Source: Haplodiscus bocki (taxonomy: Eukaryota). From it: 64,000 nt of DNA. Numbering within the stretch: position 1 is the first letter of the stretch; the number at the start of each line of letters is the position of its first letter. Under the pieces are notes generated by a model. The model did not search any database. It was given only the letters and a program-made list of their open reading frames with translations, and was not told the origin of the DNA. Made by a program: the position numbers and the translations under genes. Positions 50,101-63,195 of this stretch are shown here, piece by piece. The DNA lies in assembly GCA_965655095.1 (NCBI GenBank), contig OZ296658.1, positions 37,944,001 through 38,008,000 of the forward strand. The letters run 5' to 3'.

Positions 50101-51744
50101 CCCGATGTTAGAGCGTTGTCGGGAGGAGTGTTTAAGGTAGCTTTTAAGTGTTGCCAGTGGTGTATCAACTCTAGAGACAAGTGGATAATAGGCTGATGCG
50201 GAATGAAACGGGTTATTGATTGATGGGAAAAAGGAGTTTCAAAGACTTTGGGTTGATAAAAATGACACTGTTTCAATAGACTCGAGGGAGGCGTATTTGA
50301 GAGAATCGATATCGGGATTTTAAAGCAGCACAATAATATGAAAAGAAAGTTTATCCGAAATCATCGTTTAAGTTTGCAAGTGTCCGAGAAGTTGTGTTCA
50401 CTCTATTTATCCCGAAAAAAAGCTCACAGAAAGCTAGGACATTTAAAACTTACGATAGGGCATTGATAAAAAGCAGAAAAATTATCGAAGCACGGTCGTA
50501 AGACGTTGGAGGACTCGGTGGGCAATACGTTGGTTGCGGAAAGACGTACAAAAGAATATGTGCGAGTTGTCGATGTACGCACGGCCTCAGGAAAAGGTTA
50601 GCATTAATAGGAAGACTATTATAGGAGTTTGGAGACTATGACCTTCCTGTGTCATAAAAACTGCATTTGGTGAGTGAGGGTCCCTCTTTTCAGAGACTGG
50701 CTTTCGCAGGTGCTTAGATCCACTGGACCTTTAAGTTAACCAGTGAAGAAATTAACAAAAATTTTTTGCAAGGGTTCCTTTTTCAGCTCAATTTCTGGAA
50801 ATCCATATTTTGATTTTATGTCTAATCAGACTATCAATTCCTGATTTGGTTAGTGTTTACGTGTTAAAACGACTCTGTTCGTCCTTCTTTGATGGTGACG
50901 GTGACTTTTATCAAGCGTTACTGTCCTGCTTAGACTTACTAACTTAAAAAGGTTTTTTTGACGAGTCAATTTACAGATATATTGCATATCTTTAACTATC
51001 TCATATTTGTGCTCTACGGAGAATCTTAAAAGGTTCCAATTGATCAACAATTTTTTGGATAATGTCATAAAAGAACATTGCTGGAATTTGTCAGATTTTT
51101 CCGGTTGAAACTCTTCGATGTTAAGGCTTAGGAATAATTACCCAGGATTGCTGGCAAACCTCATCCAACACGAATGTAAATACTATGTGGCATGCAATGG
51201 TCGCATGCTCCCTCAGTTAATTTTACCAGAGCTAGTAACAAGCTGACTGATTTCTTAAATATCTCGTCCACAGGCAAAATCGCCCGCGATCTCAAGCAGT
51301 ATCAAGTGTCCCATTTTTGCATTGAATGACTGGATCAAAAGCGTAATTTGAAAATTGAGGACTTCCATTTTTCTCATTTCATTGTTTTTGCGCAATGATA
51401 TTTACTTTTGAGGAACTACTCGTGTGGAAACTTTTCTCAAATTTTGATCAATTTGTTTGAATTATCATCAATGGTTTGCCATTTTTTGCAATATTCTGTA
51501 TTTGTTTCATTGGTTGAACCAGTGTTTTTGTTAATGGTGACCTTAAGGTGACCATTTGTCATTTTACCAATTGTCATAGATGCGACTCAAGCCTGACCTC
51601 GCTTTCAAATGAGCTCAAATAAGATAAATGTTACAGCCAATCGTCGTCAATTTTTGAGTGAAACAAACAAATTTTTCGTTTTTCTACTTTTGTAGTGCAG
51701 TGTAGCTCAGCCGATAACCCAGAACATTTTAGAAGATGTAATAT

Positions 51745-52245
51745 CTCCCTAATTTGATACCATTTAAAACGTGACATCATTCTACAATGCATCCAACTTT
51801 TTTTTGTATGATTTTGGAAACATCCCATAAGATTGTCCAAGGACAGAAATTCATCTACCGCCTTGATATTAATCAGGTTTCTTTCATGAGTTTTGCACAA
51901 TTTTGCACAGTTTTGCAGACCCGGGTGATAACTTACTACGGCACAGCCCTATACCTGGCAAAATCCGCAACAAGAATTTAGTAAGAAAGCTCTGGGTCCT
52001 TGGATGGCCTTAATAAGAAAGCCATGGACCCAGAGATAGCATTAATAAGAATGCCTTGCGCCCAAGGATGCACTGTAGTAAGAATGCCCTTCACCCCATG
52101 GGAAAAATTTTGAATCAAGAAGCTGTTCTTTATGTGTTATGATTTCCTCTACGAGAATGTACTTAGAATCTATCATTCGATTCAGAACCAAGCACATCGC
52201 GTATGTTCAGAAAACGACAAGAATGGTCTTATTCTAAAGGACGAG
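51745..52245 (-). repeat. ~500-bp dispersed repeat, copy 2 (inverted), cut off by the Gypsy LTR
   Basis: Reverse complement of 37503-37973 with an internal ~30-bp duplication. Confidence 0.9.
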
Positions 52246-53092
52246 TGTCGCATTATAGCTTACGCTTAAACAATTATAGCGTATTTCTCAGATTCGTGCA
52301 GTAAGCTATTAAACAGGAAATGACCAGTATTTACCAAGGAACTGCATGTGTTGTTGACTAAGCTGGGAGCTGAGCTGGCGAAGGAAAGAATATTGTGGTA
52401 TAAAAGAAAGGTGAAGGAATGGAATTGCACAAGAAAAGGAAGAAAGCTAAAATTCTAAAAGTGTTGCACCGTGGTTCAACGCGATTGGTTCAACGACTGG
52501 TCACGAAGTATGTCGACATAGCTTCGTTTTGTAGCCGGTCCGGGAGCGGGACTCGATCATTATTTACTCACTCGCTTACCGGACGATTTACTTCTTTTCC
52601 TCTTATTTTACGCTCCTCTTCCCTTTTACCTTACTTCTTTCCGTTCTTACTTTACTTTACTCTTTTCTTCCATTTGGCTTGGATAGAATCAATCGAAATT
52701 CTCCTTCCTCTTTCATCGGAAAAAAATGTTCCTTCTCGAATCTTCATTCTATAATCTTGCATTAGGAGTCTAAACAGTGTCCACTAACGCTAGCTTTGGT
52801 ATTAGCGTGTGCTGATTCCGCTGACGAGCTCCGGTTCTGAAGCACGAGTGAATCTTAAACTGCACGACCCCTACAAGGTTCCTAAGAAAGAGAATTGACG
52901 TTACTCATAGATCAAATTTCACCTCGTCTGCGTCCGTGGCTTTTAGAATTCATTCTAAATTCCAAGATACGGGTTAAATATGCAGAAACTGTCCCTTTTT
53001 GTAAAATTCAAACTATTCCTACCGACTAAATGATCTTCGTTAACATCACTATTTGCAGCGCGTTCCTATTGGTTATTTACTCGATTGCGACA
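52246..53092 (+). repeat. Probable 5' LTR of the macrodomain-bearing Gypsy element
   Basis: Begins TGTCGCA, ends TGCGACA (7-bp terminal inverted repeat); starts exactly where the preceding repeat stops matching; followed by a possible decayed PBS (tagcagggtg). Second LTR not in window. Confidence 0.7.
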
Positions 53093-53379
53093 TAGCAGGG
53101 TGTAAAAACCCCGTACTCTCTCATTTTATTCATTCGCTTTCCTACCGTCAACTGGCCTAATTCCCCGAGGCAAAACTCTCTTCCACTTTCCCCTCATCAT
53201 AATTCTAGAGCTAAATTTCTGCTCTGAAAATATTCTAAGACAAGTTCAAAACTTGTCTTTACCAAATTTCCTCATCACCGCGGCGAAATTATTAAAGACT
53301 TTTTCACCTGCAAAATTATCGTAGCCGCAAATCATCACTATCCCGGAAATATTCAAAGACCTTTTCGCCTGCAAAAGCA

Positions 53380-53570
53380 ACCAGCAACATCAAGCAGTAT
53401 CCCAGCAGGAACCAGCAACCACTCAGTAACCAGCCGCAGCAACCAGCAATCTTCCAGCAACCAGCAGCAGCAACCAGCAATCATTCAGCAACCAGCAGCA
53501 GCAATCAACAGCAGCAATCAGCAGCAACGATCAGCAGCAACAACCAGCACTCATCCACCCACCAGCAACT
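53380..53570 (+). repeat. Imperfect (CAG/CAA/CCAG) low-complexity tract in Gypsy leader
   Basis: cagcaaccagcagcagcaaccagcaat... repeated. Confidence 0.85.
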
Positions 53571-54294
53571 ATCCGATAGGCATCTGCACAACTAATGCCA
53601 GCCTCTGTTAGTTATCATTACGGTTCCTAGTAGAGGATCTCCCGCTAGCAGTTGACCTAGGACTAGTTGCCCGGTAGCAGAATTTAATCACCGCACCGAG
53701 GCCCATTTTGTTTCTTTTTCCACTTTTCTAAAATTCCTTTTTTTGATTTTTCCCGTCTTTTCTTAGGACTTAGAATTGATTGGTAAAAGTAAAACACATA
53801 TAATTTTCACGACCAGTTGACAGTCTCTATGATTATTGTCCTGGTCGCAGATAAAAGAGATAAGATTTAATTGCTGGTGTCCTGTGAGTCGGGAGTGTTA
53901 ATCGGCAGGTTACCAAATATCAGCCTTAAAATTAAACGCGACGAGCAGTTTTATACCGCACGGTGGTACTTTTCTATACTAAGATTAGTTTAAAATGCAT
54001 GTAAGTAAAATGCATGTAAAATGAACTCCCTTCCCTCAAATTCTGGCCTATCCAGCGAGGACTAAAACAGGGACTAGGAGGTTAAGCCAATGGCCTGGCA
54101 CCAGACTATAAGGTGGTTTAGCTAGACGTCAATCAAACCGCATATTGACAGGCTCAAAAAAACCGACTAGACAAGACGGAAAGTGTACACTACCCGCACC
54201 TGTCAAAAAGTAAAATGGTGTTTTTCTTTGCTCTATTTACAGATATTCCAGCTCCGACAGCAGCAGCAGAAATCGTGCATCGGCTTCATTTTCA

Positions 54295-54560
54295 ATGTTT
54301 TATAATTCATAAATTATTTGGACTAAATTTAATGAGTCCGTTTTCTATCTTTGATAATTCAATTTATAATTCATTTGGACTAAATTGAAAGAGTCCAATT
54401 TCTTAAATTTGATAATTCGATTTTTTTTCAATTGGACTAACTTGAAAGAGTCCAATTTCTAACTGTGAGTTTACAAATTCTAAATTTGATTCAACTAAAC
54501 AAATTAAACTTTTATATTTATTAATTTCAATTCGGGCTAAATTGAATAAGTCTGAATTAG
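54295..54560. repeat. AT-rich tandem repeat (~55-bp unit, 3-4 copies) in Gypsy leader
   Basis: ttggactaaattgaaagagtccaatttct...ttgataattc repeated. Confidence 0.8.
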
Positions 54561-56225
54561 TGTGATGTCAATTATACTTTCACTCTTAAAGTGGAAGAAA
54601 TTTAACGCTTTCGATTTATAACTTTTATAATTTGTGGCATCCCCCTTTAACCCGGCTTTGAAACTCCTGACTTCTTGCTGAATAATTTGCAGCCCTTCGT
54701 TCAAATTTAAAGATAATGCTGGTTAATTAACTAAGTTTTTATACAGTTTGCTAAAGCTAGAATTGTGTTGAATAGGCGAGAAAGTGGAATATATTGAATA
54801 ACTGAACGGCGTAAATTTAAAGACCATATGGCAATCTCAACTGTGCTATCCCGCCTTTACAGCCTCAGAGGGAGCTGAGTAATTCCCCCTTACGTGCGTG
54901 CATTCATAATCCTTTCCGCAATTCAACATATTGAATTACCGCCACTGATAATTTAACTTTTCTTTGTATTATTCTGCGCTATAGCTCACAAGTCCTTGCT
55001 TGAATTCACGCAATCACTTTGTTCACACTATTGAGACTTATAAAGAATAGCTGTCGCTACAACGCAGCAGTGCTGACTAAGTCAACCGCCAGCACAACTA
55101 AGTAAATAATAGATTTACAATACCCCCACTACGTGCGAAACACTGGTGCTACCAGTGAGGCACATCAATTGTGAAGTGTCAAATATTCTTTTCTCCGCTT
55201 TCCCAACGTGGTCATTTTTAATTTTCACCCTAATCCTTGTACTGGGTGCTTTGATTTCATTTATTACAGGCGCCTCAGTTGGTATAGAAGTTAACTGGGT
55301 CTTAGACTTTAGCCAGAGCATTTTCCACTCCAACCGACAGAGAATCTAGTCCCAAGAAAAATTTCGTCAAATTTGAGGGGTACAAACTCCAATTTGCCCA
55401 GTACTGGTTATGCTAAAACAAATATTGAACGAGCAATCTGACGAATAATCTATTGATGCCTTTGGAACTTGGGAACGACCCTAACCAGCACTGGTATTTC
55501 TTTGAATACAACGAATTCAAACCATTTTTTTTACTTTGCCCTTGGACAACAGACACCCCAACTGAAAAATTGAATGTGACAATAACAAGGATTGATTTCA
55601 CTCTGCAAAGACAATTTCGACTCCGATTACAGGTTTATCCTGAAGGAGAATCCTCTTCAGTAAATTTATAAAACTAACGAAATTTCACGAGCATTTTGCC
55701 TCAGCAATCGCCGCTATTCAACATTATCACGATTTTGTAGAACTCGCATTTCCCGAATTGGACTTGACAGTTATCAATTCACTTTTAACCGACCCAGTTG
55801 TGAATCAACCTTCTTAGACAACCCCAATTGAATCTCCTGTATAAACCCCCGTAAACACTTGATGCCTCAAAAAATTCAAAGCTCGACAACGAATTTGGAC
55901 GATATACCCGAGATCGAGTACAAACATATTCCAATAAATTGCCTCTGGAATATCACCTCCGAAGATACGAGCCTAACAGTTATCATCACCTGCTTAAAAT
56001 GGACCTTCAACAATGACTTCTGTGTACGAGTGACAGCCTATCCATTGGGAGTGCCTAACGCTACAAAGCAAATCGACCTAGATGATCACCATCCTTTGCT
56101 TAGTTCCTTAACTGACACACTTAATTTATACGAAGTTTCCCCTCAACCCCATTTGAATTCTCACGATATTGAATTTTTGGAAGAGCCAATAGATTATTTG
56201 CATTTCAGATTCTACCAATGCATCA

Positions 56226-57650
56226 TGGCGCAACCCCATCTAGCGTATCCAGACTTGGCACTGGACAATTTTTCTGGCACTGACCCAAACCAGGTTGCAG
56301 AAGCATTCAACCGCCTAAAAGAGTGCAAAATTAATTTTGCCCTCGAGACCGAACCAGAAGTAGCCCATTTAGAACATGCTATCTATCTGTTCAGAAAAAA
56401 AGCCTTATTCTCTTCATTACTGCGAGGACCTGCAGCCGTAATGGTATGTGAGCACCATTCCAGATGCAATCACTTGGGATGAAGTTCGAACTGTGTTCGA
56501 AACAAGATGTTCAGATGGAAGAAACAAATTCAGGCACAGAATGGAAGTTAAACATTGTATACGAGCTAATCGAGAAGAGATTGGAAACTTCCTCCACCGA
56601 ATAAAGAAGATAGTGGAAAAAGGCTGGCCTGACGATATGGTTGGAAGTGCAGCGGGTGACCAGGATGCTGAACGCGTCGCACGAGCCCGGCAAAAAAGGC
56701 ATGGATTATTTGATTATACACTAAAGGGACTCAGATCAAGGTACTTTAAACGAAAGGCTCAAGAAAACTTAATAGAACACCCAAATGCAACTTGCAATGA
56801 TTTTTAAAACCACTTAATTAACAAAGATGTATCTTATCAAGTCTCTACTAGCTTCCTAAATGACGAAGAACAGAACAAAGCCCAAATGGCCTTCTTGGGA
56901 AAAAAATTAAAAAACCTACAAACTGAGCTGAAGGAACACAGAACAAACGCTTCAGAAGGAAATCAGAAACCTATTGACCCTAACCAGAAGGGAAGACAGA
57001 ATGCCAGAAGGTTTTATGGATTTTGTAGAAACAATGGTCACAATCCAAATGACTGCAGAAAAAAGATACGAGATGAAGAAGTCAAGAAGTTGCAAAATGA
57101 AGCCACGGCCGAGAAAAAGGTTACCTTCACCCAAGACTATAACAAAAGACGTGGACCCTCCTACGGATCTGGGAATTGGACTGGTCAAAACGATGATAAT
57201 GCAGCTATGATGTCAACCCCCCAACCGGACACTAGAGGAAAATTTCGACCAGGCACTCAGAGTTTTAACAACTTCAATCGGAATCGACCCTTTGAACGAC
57301 GGGACTACTCGAGTAAAAAAAATGATAGATACAATGAATATAAAGCAAGATCACCATACCAACCAAACGAAGACCATTCCAGAAATTGAGGAGGTAACAA
57401 TAACTATTCACAATCGCCTTCAATGTCACGACAAGATTCATCCTTCACGGATTCTCGCAGACAACCCCGATCAAATTCACCTAACCCTTCAATATTTAAC
57501 CGGTTTGGAAATCGAGACCCGAGCAACAATATACCTTACGATAGGACCTTTCCAACTTCCAACAACGGTAACCAGCCAAACGTGGTTCGATTCACTCCAG
57601 AAGACGATGGAATTAATGAACTAGTGGGACTGTTCCCTTCAAAATACTAA
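56226..57650 (+). pseudogene. Gypsy gag (frameshifted)
   Basis: MAQPHL...FSGTDPNQ, LFSSLLRGPA, TWDEVRTVF, knuckle YGFCRNNGHNPNDC, N/R-rich tail. Confidence 0.8.
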
Positions 57651-57689
57651 GGTCTCCGAGTTCAACTGCTAATCAGTCCAAGAATTCAA

Positions 57690-60600
57690 AACTCAGCTTC
57701 AACTTTTTCTACTTCGCCACCGGAGACACTCAAAAAGGTAGTGGCGTAGAAATTGAATTCATGTTAGATACGAGAGCTTCTAGCTCAATCTTAAACTATC
57801 GGAAGTTTTGGGAAATTTGTCAAACTCAGCATCCAATCACGGTGAAGAGAAGCGCCACACAAAAAAGAACTTATTCTGGTCAAGTTGTGCCTATGATTGC
57901 TTTTGCAACATTAACATTCAACTACGACACGGATCGACAATTTTCTTTCCCTTTAACCGTTTGGATTACCGAAATGAAAACTCAGAACTTCCTAGGCATG
58001 GAGTCCTCTCAAAAGCAAGTATCTGGCATTCACTTTGACTTACACGGAACTGAACTTAAAGAGCCACCAAATACCGTATGTTATGGAAACCTTCATCAGA
58101 ACAAATCGTACCCTTTCATTTGGCAAATCCCAACACTACGAACTCCACATGCGATGCACACTGAAGCCAAAAGCGCAAGCTGCTGGAAGTGTTCTCCTGA
58201 AGATTCCTACGCTCATTTTCCTCCTGGATCAACTTTTCACCCAAATCGCAATGCTGCCGCTACGGGATTATCATTTGTTAACGCGCAATGCACCCAATAA
58301 GAACAAAAAACTACCTATACTGATGGAAAATAACAAAAATCACCAAATTACTTTGCCTAAAGGCCAAATTGGCTTTTCATCATTAGAAGTCTCCGACAAC
58401 GATGAACCAAAATACCAATTACGAGACCCTTATGAGCTGGCAAATCCAATCCTCTCAACAAAAGAACAGTACAACGAATATTTTCTACTACATTTGACAA
58501 TTCCTTCCCAGTCACACGACTAAATCTTGCAAACAGTCTACGCTTACAAAAACTTGATTTTCGAGAAGCTCAAATCAATTGGACATTGTATCTCTGCAGA
58601 CGCTCAAATGAACAAAGGGTTTGCACAGTTCTTATCAGAAAAAGTCCCGCAGTTAAGCAGAACACGTAGACGGGCCAATTTTCTTAAGGACCAACTATTC
58701 CCCTTCTGGGACTCTTCTTCAAGACGATATATCTATAACATTGAGACAAAGAGAAGTGTTCGGATAAATCTGACCTGCAAACTCTCGCTAAAACATTGCA
58801 AAACATGCAAGCCCGCGCTACAATGCGCGCAGTTTCAACGATTGCCGTGCCAAAAACTGGATGTGGAGTTGATCAGATGAACTGGCAAGATGTAGAAAAA
58901 CTCATACGAAATATCTTTGCGTATTCAAATTTACAAATCTTGGTCTACTCATCAGACAAACACGCAATTCACGCTATGTCCGTTGACGGAGATCCGGAAT
59001 TCTATGCGAAAGGTGAGATAGACCGATGTAGCGAGGAATTTCATTTGAACGAAAGAGAAATGAAAACCGATTTCACCAGCGACGCCAAGTCCTGTCGACC
59101 AGTTTGCGACGAATAATTTCCTGTCTTACGCCCGAAAAAAAACAAAACGAAGCTCCTATTGAACACTATCTTCAGTATCAGCCCAAAGAACTGATTGACT
59201 ACCTTGAATAATTCAATTTGCATTACTTAGACATAACAGATAATGAAATGACTCTTCTTATTGATATGCTGATCGACTCAAAAGATGTATAGTCCCTCCA
59301 CAAGTTCGATGTTGGGAAAACTCGACGGAAGCTTCACGTCACAATAAATTCGAGTGTGGAGTTGAAACGTCAACGAGCGAGTAAAGTGCCGCTACACTTG
59401 AAAGACAAACTTGAAAAACTGCTAACACAATTTAAGGACGCCGACATCTTTCAAGAAATGGGCGATGATGACGAGATGGGATCCCTATTTGTTAACCCAA
59501 TAGTCCTGCTGCCAAAGAATGACTACGTCAAATTAGTGATTGATGCTCGCTACCTGAACTCAGTAACCTATGAAAAAAACTATTCCTGACCCTTCAGAGG
59601 ATTATGACCAGCGTGAATGGAAAGCCCTTCTCAGTCAACGACTTGTCCTGTGCATACCATCAAGTACCTCTTAGCTCCAAAACACAGAAATTGACAAGAT
59701 TCATCATCGGTGGACAACAATACAATCTCACCCGAGGGTTCTACGGTCTGTGTGGTCCACCAAACTTCTTCAGTCGCCTAATGACGATTCATTTTGACCC
59801 ACTGATCTGGAAAAAACAGTCTATTACCTACATTGACGACACCATCGTGTAATCGCAAACCAGAAGCGAAATGTTCAACCTCATCAATGAATATCACACC
59901 CCTCTGAGGAATGCTGGATTAAAAGCTGTCCCCGATAAAACGTTTTTCTTCCTGAAGAGAGTAAAGTTCTTGGGACACGTTATCTCATCAGATGGGATTC
60001 AGCCAATAGCAAAGCGTGTGGACGCCTTGAGGAACCTCAAGTCACCACAGAGTAAGCGAGACGCTATGAAAGTCTTAGGATGTCTTGGTTTCTACAGCTG
60101 CTATATCAAAAATTTACACGTTGATAGTCAGCCCTTTTATGACTTGATTAAAGATTCTACACCATTTCACTGGACTGAAGAACACGAGCAACTGTTTAAC
60201 TCCATTAAGGAAAGAATTCACAAAGATACATTTCTAGCAGTTCCGTCTTCTGATTACCCGTTCCATATTCACGTGGACTCTTCAAATGTTGGTACAGGTT
60301 GCATTTTTATCCAACAATTCCCTGAGGGAAAGAGAATTGTCTCGTATAACTGTCGTGTATTTGACAAAGCAGAACAGAAATTGTCCACTCTCCATCGAGA
60401 ACTATGTGGAATAGTATCAGCTCTCCAGATAAACGAGCACTACATTATTGGATCCCCATTTCCAATTCCCCCATTGCCACAATAATATCTATACTGCGAT
60501 CATAAACCAATTCTTTTTTCATGGGGACGCAAAGGAGAACTATTGCGTCGCTTTTTTCGATATCAGGTGATCATTGCGAAATTTCAGAACTTGAAGATCG

Positions 60601-63195
60601 TTTGGACGCCAGGCTTGAATTTAGCTTTTCCAGATATACTCAGCAGAAACATCACGATCGAAGAATACTAAAAGCACCAGTTGCAACACAAACGCATTCC
60701 GCGCGATATTGAGTCTTACGACGAAAACGGCACTCCGGTCACATACCAAATTCAACATGAAGACAACCTTAATGATACCTGCAACGACTTCTACCCAATA
60801 AAGTACAGACGCGGCAACAAAGAAAAAATACTGAGATTACAAAACGACGGCAAGGACTTTACCATGAGTATCATACTTAACGAATTTCCAATCACTTCAA
60901 TCCAACAGGCGTCAGACTGTTTCCGAATGGGAAGATTTATCAACCAATTTAGACGAATATGTAGAGCAGAGGCGTCTCCGCCAACGCATCCAGTACGGAA
61001 TATAGTCCAATCAACTCCTTTAGCCCGTCCGCAGATGACGCAGCAGACTCGACGAGCCCCGGCGATGACTCACACCACATTATTACAGACTCCGAAAATG
61101 ACAATATCATCTGTGATATCAGTATTCAAACTGATCAAGCCCGACTCTGTCAAGCTAAACAAACTCACGACCTGGTAATCGGGAAAACTGATGCTTCCCT
61201 AGTCAAGAAATACCTAACAACCTCTGATGCTCCTCATCTAGATACCAGAGCGGTAATCCAGAAACTTGTCGAGGTTGCGAAGACAGTCGACCTCGACGTA
61301 TCGACTATCTTCACTGAACAAATGAAGGACCCAGTTCTTGGTATTGTACGTTCTTGGATTCGTAAAAACACTCCTCCCGATACTAAATCACCAGAGATAA
61401 AACAGCCTAAAGGTCTCCTGCGATATTGTCAAGAATTCGATAGACTTCTTATTGGAGACGAAGGACAGATCCGTTGTTACAATGAACCATCTGACAAAAT
61501 AGAAGAGGAGAACCTCCGTATTTGTCTCCCTTTATCCCTATTCCTTGCATGCTTTCAAGTTGGACTCTACAACGAATTGGGTGGATACCTGGGAACAACA
61601 AAAATCCATGCCAATGCAAAGAGATTTTACTATTGACCCGGAATGTTTGATTGCATATGTGCCTTGACGGCCGATTGCTTTACTTGCCACAACATTCAAC
61701 CTAAACCAAAGCGTCGGAATGAAGTTCCACTAGAGGAATGGCAAAACGAAACAGTTCTGTTTCGCACTGTGCACATTGATCACAAGGAACCTCTTCATCC
61801 AACTAGTGCTAACAATTTACATTGTCTCTTAATCATTGATGCCTTCTCCCAATTTTTGATGGTCTAACCAGTACGTAATACAACAGCCCTAGCAACTATT
61901 ACAGCTGTCGAAAAGTGGATCTTTTCTTTTGGAATCCCACAAGCAATCATTCACGATCGAGGTACTGCCTTTATTAAAACAGAATTCATCAAATGGACCA
62001 AGGAACTTGGAACTACTCTAAGACCTCGTACAGCTTATTCACCTTGGACAAATGGTAAAATTAAAACCCAGAGCCAACATATTGCTCGATACTGGACAAA
62101 CTTTTTTGATGATGCCGGAAACAATTGGTCTTCATTAGCACCGAAGTTTTCATTCGCCCACAACACAAGTGTCAACTACACAACTGAAAAAACTCCATAT
62201 GAACTTGTCTTTGGGACCAAACCACAAATTCTTATGTCGCTCAAGCTGGGACTTTATCGGAATAAACACAAACTTTGCTGCTCAAAATTTTGTAAAGACC
62301 TACCGCCTCATTCTCATAGTGAGAAAAACATAAAAAAGGAATTGTTGGACAACCTACTTCAGCCGCAGCTGTCCCAAGCTCTCTTAGAAAGAGAACGAAC
62401 CTTTAAACAAATCTTTTCATCGACCTTTGAACGATGCCGAGAACAAACTGCACGATCACACGCTTATCGCAATCGCTTCAAGCAGGGACACCACCTCGAG
62501 ATTGGACAAAAAGTACTTTACGAAAATCACAAACAAACCTCATACGAAACCAAACACTTCAACAGCGAAGACTTGGATCCTCTACCGTTACCTAGGCTAC
62601 CACGAAAACCACCTATCAAATTCAGGTCGATAAAGACCCCACGGGTTTCAAGACTGTTCATAGAAATCTTTTTGTTGAATACTATCTTGAAGAAGGATCT
62701 CTACCCGCAAGGATAGAGGAATATGTACCTTCTGATCATCAGAATAACAACTTCTACGAGCGTTTTTTGGATCAACGCGTCCGAGATTTGAATAACCCGA
62801 GTACAACGAAAGAGCATGATTCCTTCCCATTGCCAATAGAACCGTTACGATCTATTTACTCCACAAACAAGCCAAAACGATTCAGTACGCATAGTAACGA
62901 TTCAGGAATTACTTCTCCACTGGCTTATTCTCGCTCCCCTGTACTATCACCTGCAATCCCTACTGAAACATCAACCCCCCATCCATATTCTTATTAGCAT
63001 GCACAAACTGCTCAATTGTTGCCCCGGGAACATCTCCGTGCGCTTCAACAATTTATTCGTAACAGTGCAACCCGCATGGCTAGAATTAGGGCTAAATTGC
63101 GCTCCAAAGACCTTAAATTTGATCGCCTACAACCAAGTTATCCCGAGTCTCAGTCAGTAATGAGAAAAGTCACCCGGCAGGGCTATAAATTTTGA
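57690..63195 (+). pseudogene. Gypsy pol: aspartic protease, macrodomain, RT, RNase H, integrase (multiple stops/frameshifts)
   Basis: LDTRAS (DTG), KLVIDARYLN, DLSCAYHQV, YIDD, KFLGHVIS, IHVDSSNVGTG, RELCGIV, CFTC, VHIDHK, IIDAFS, IHDRG. Confidence 0.92.
58527..58955 (+). pseudogene. TARG1/OARD1 (DarG-like) macrodomain within Gypsy Pol
   Basis: NLIF...SIGHCISADAQMNKGFA...RYIYNIETK|...LQTLAKTLQNM...TIAVPKTGCGVDQMNWQDVEKLIRNIF..SNLQILVY parallels OARD1 SLAHCISEDCRMGAGIA...RYIYYLITK...MPRIGCGLDRLQWENV...IKITVY; one frameshift at ~58750. Confidence 0.9.

Noticed and set aside
53380-53570. PolyQ protein
   Set aside because: Repeat phase shifts repeatedly; no supporting ORF.
57635-57650. -1 frameshift slippery site at the gag end
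   Set aside because: ccttcaaaatactaa could be a decayed TTTAAAC site, but no valid heptamer is present in this copy.
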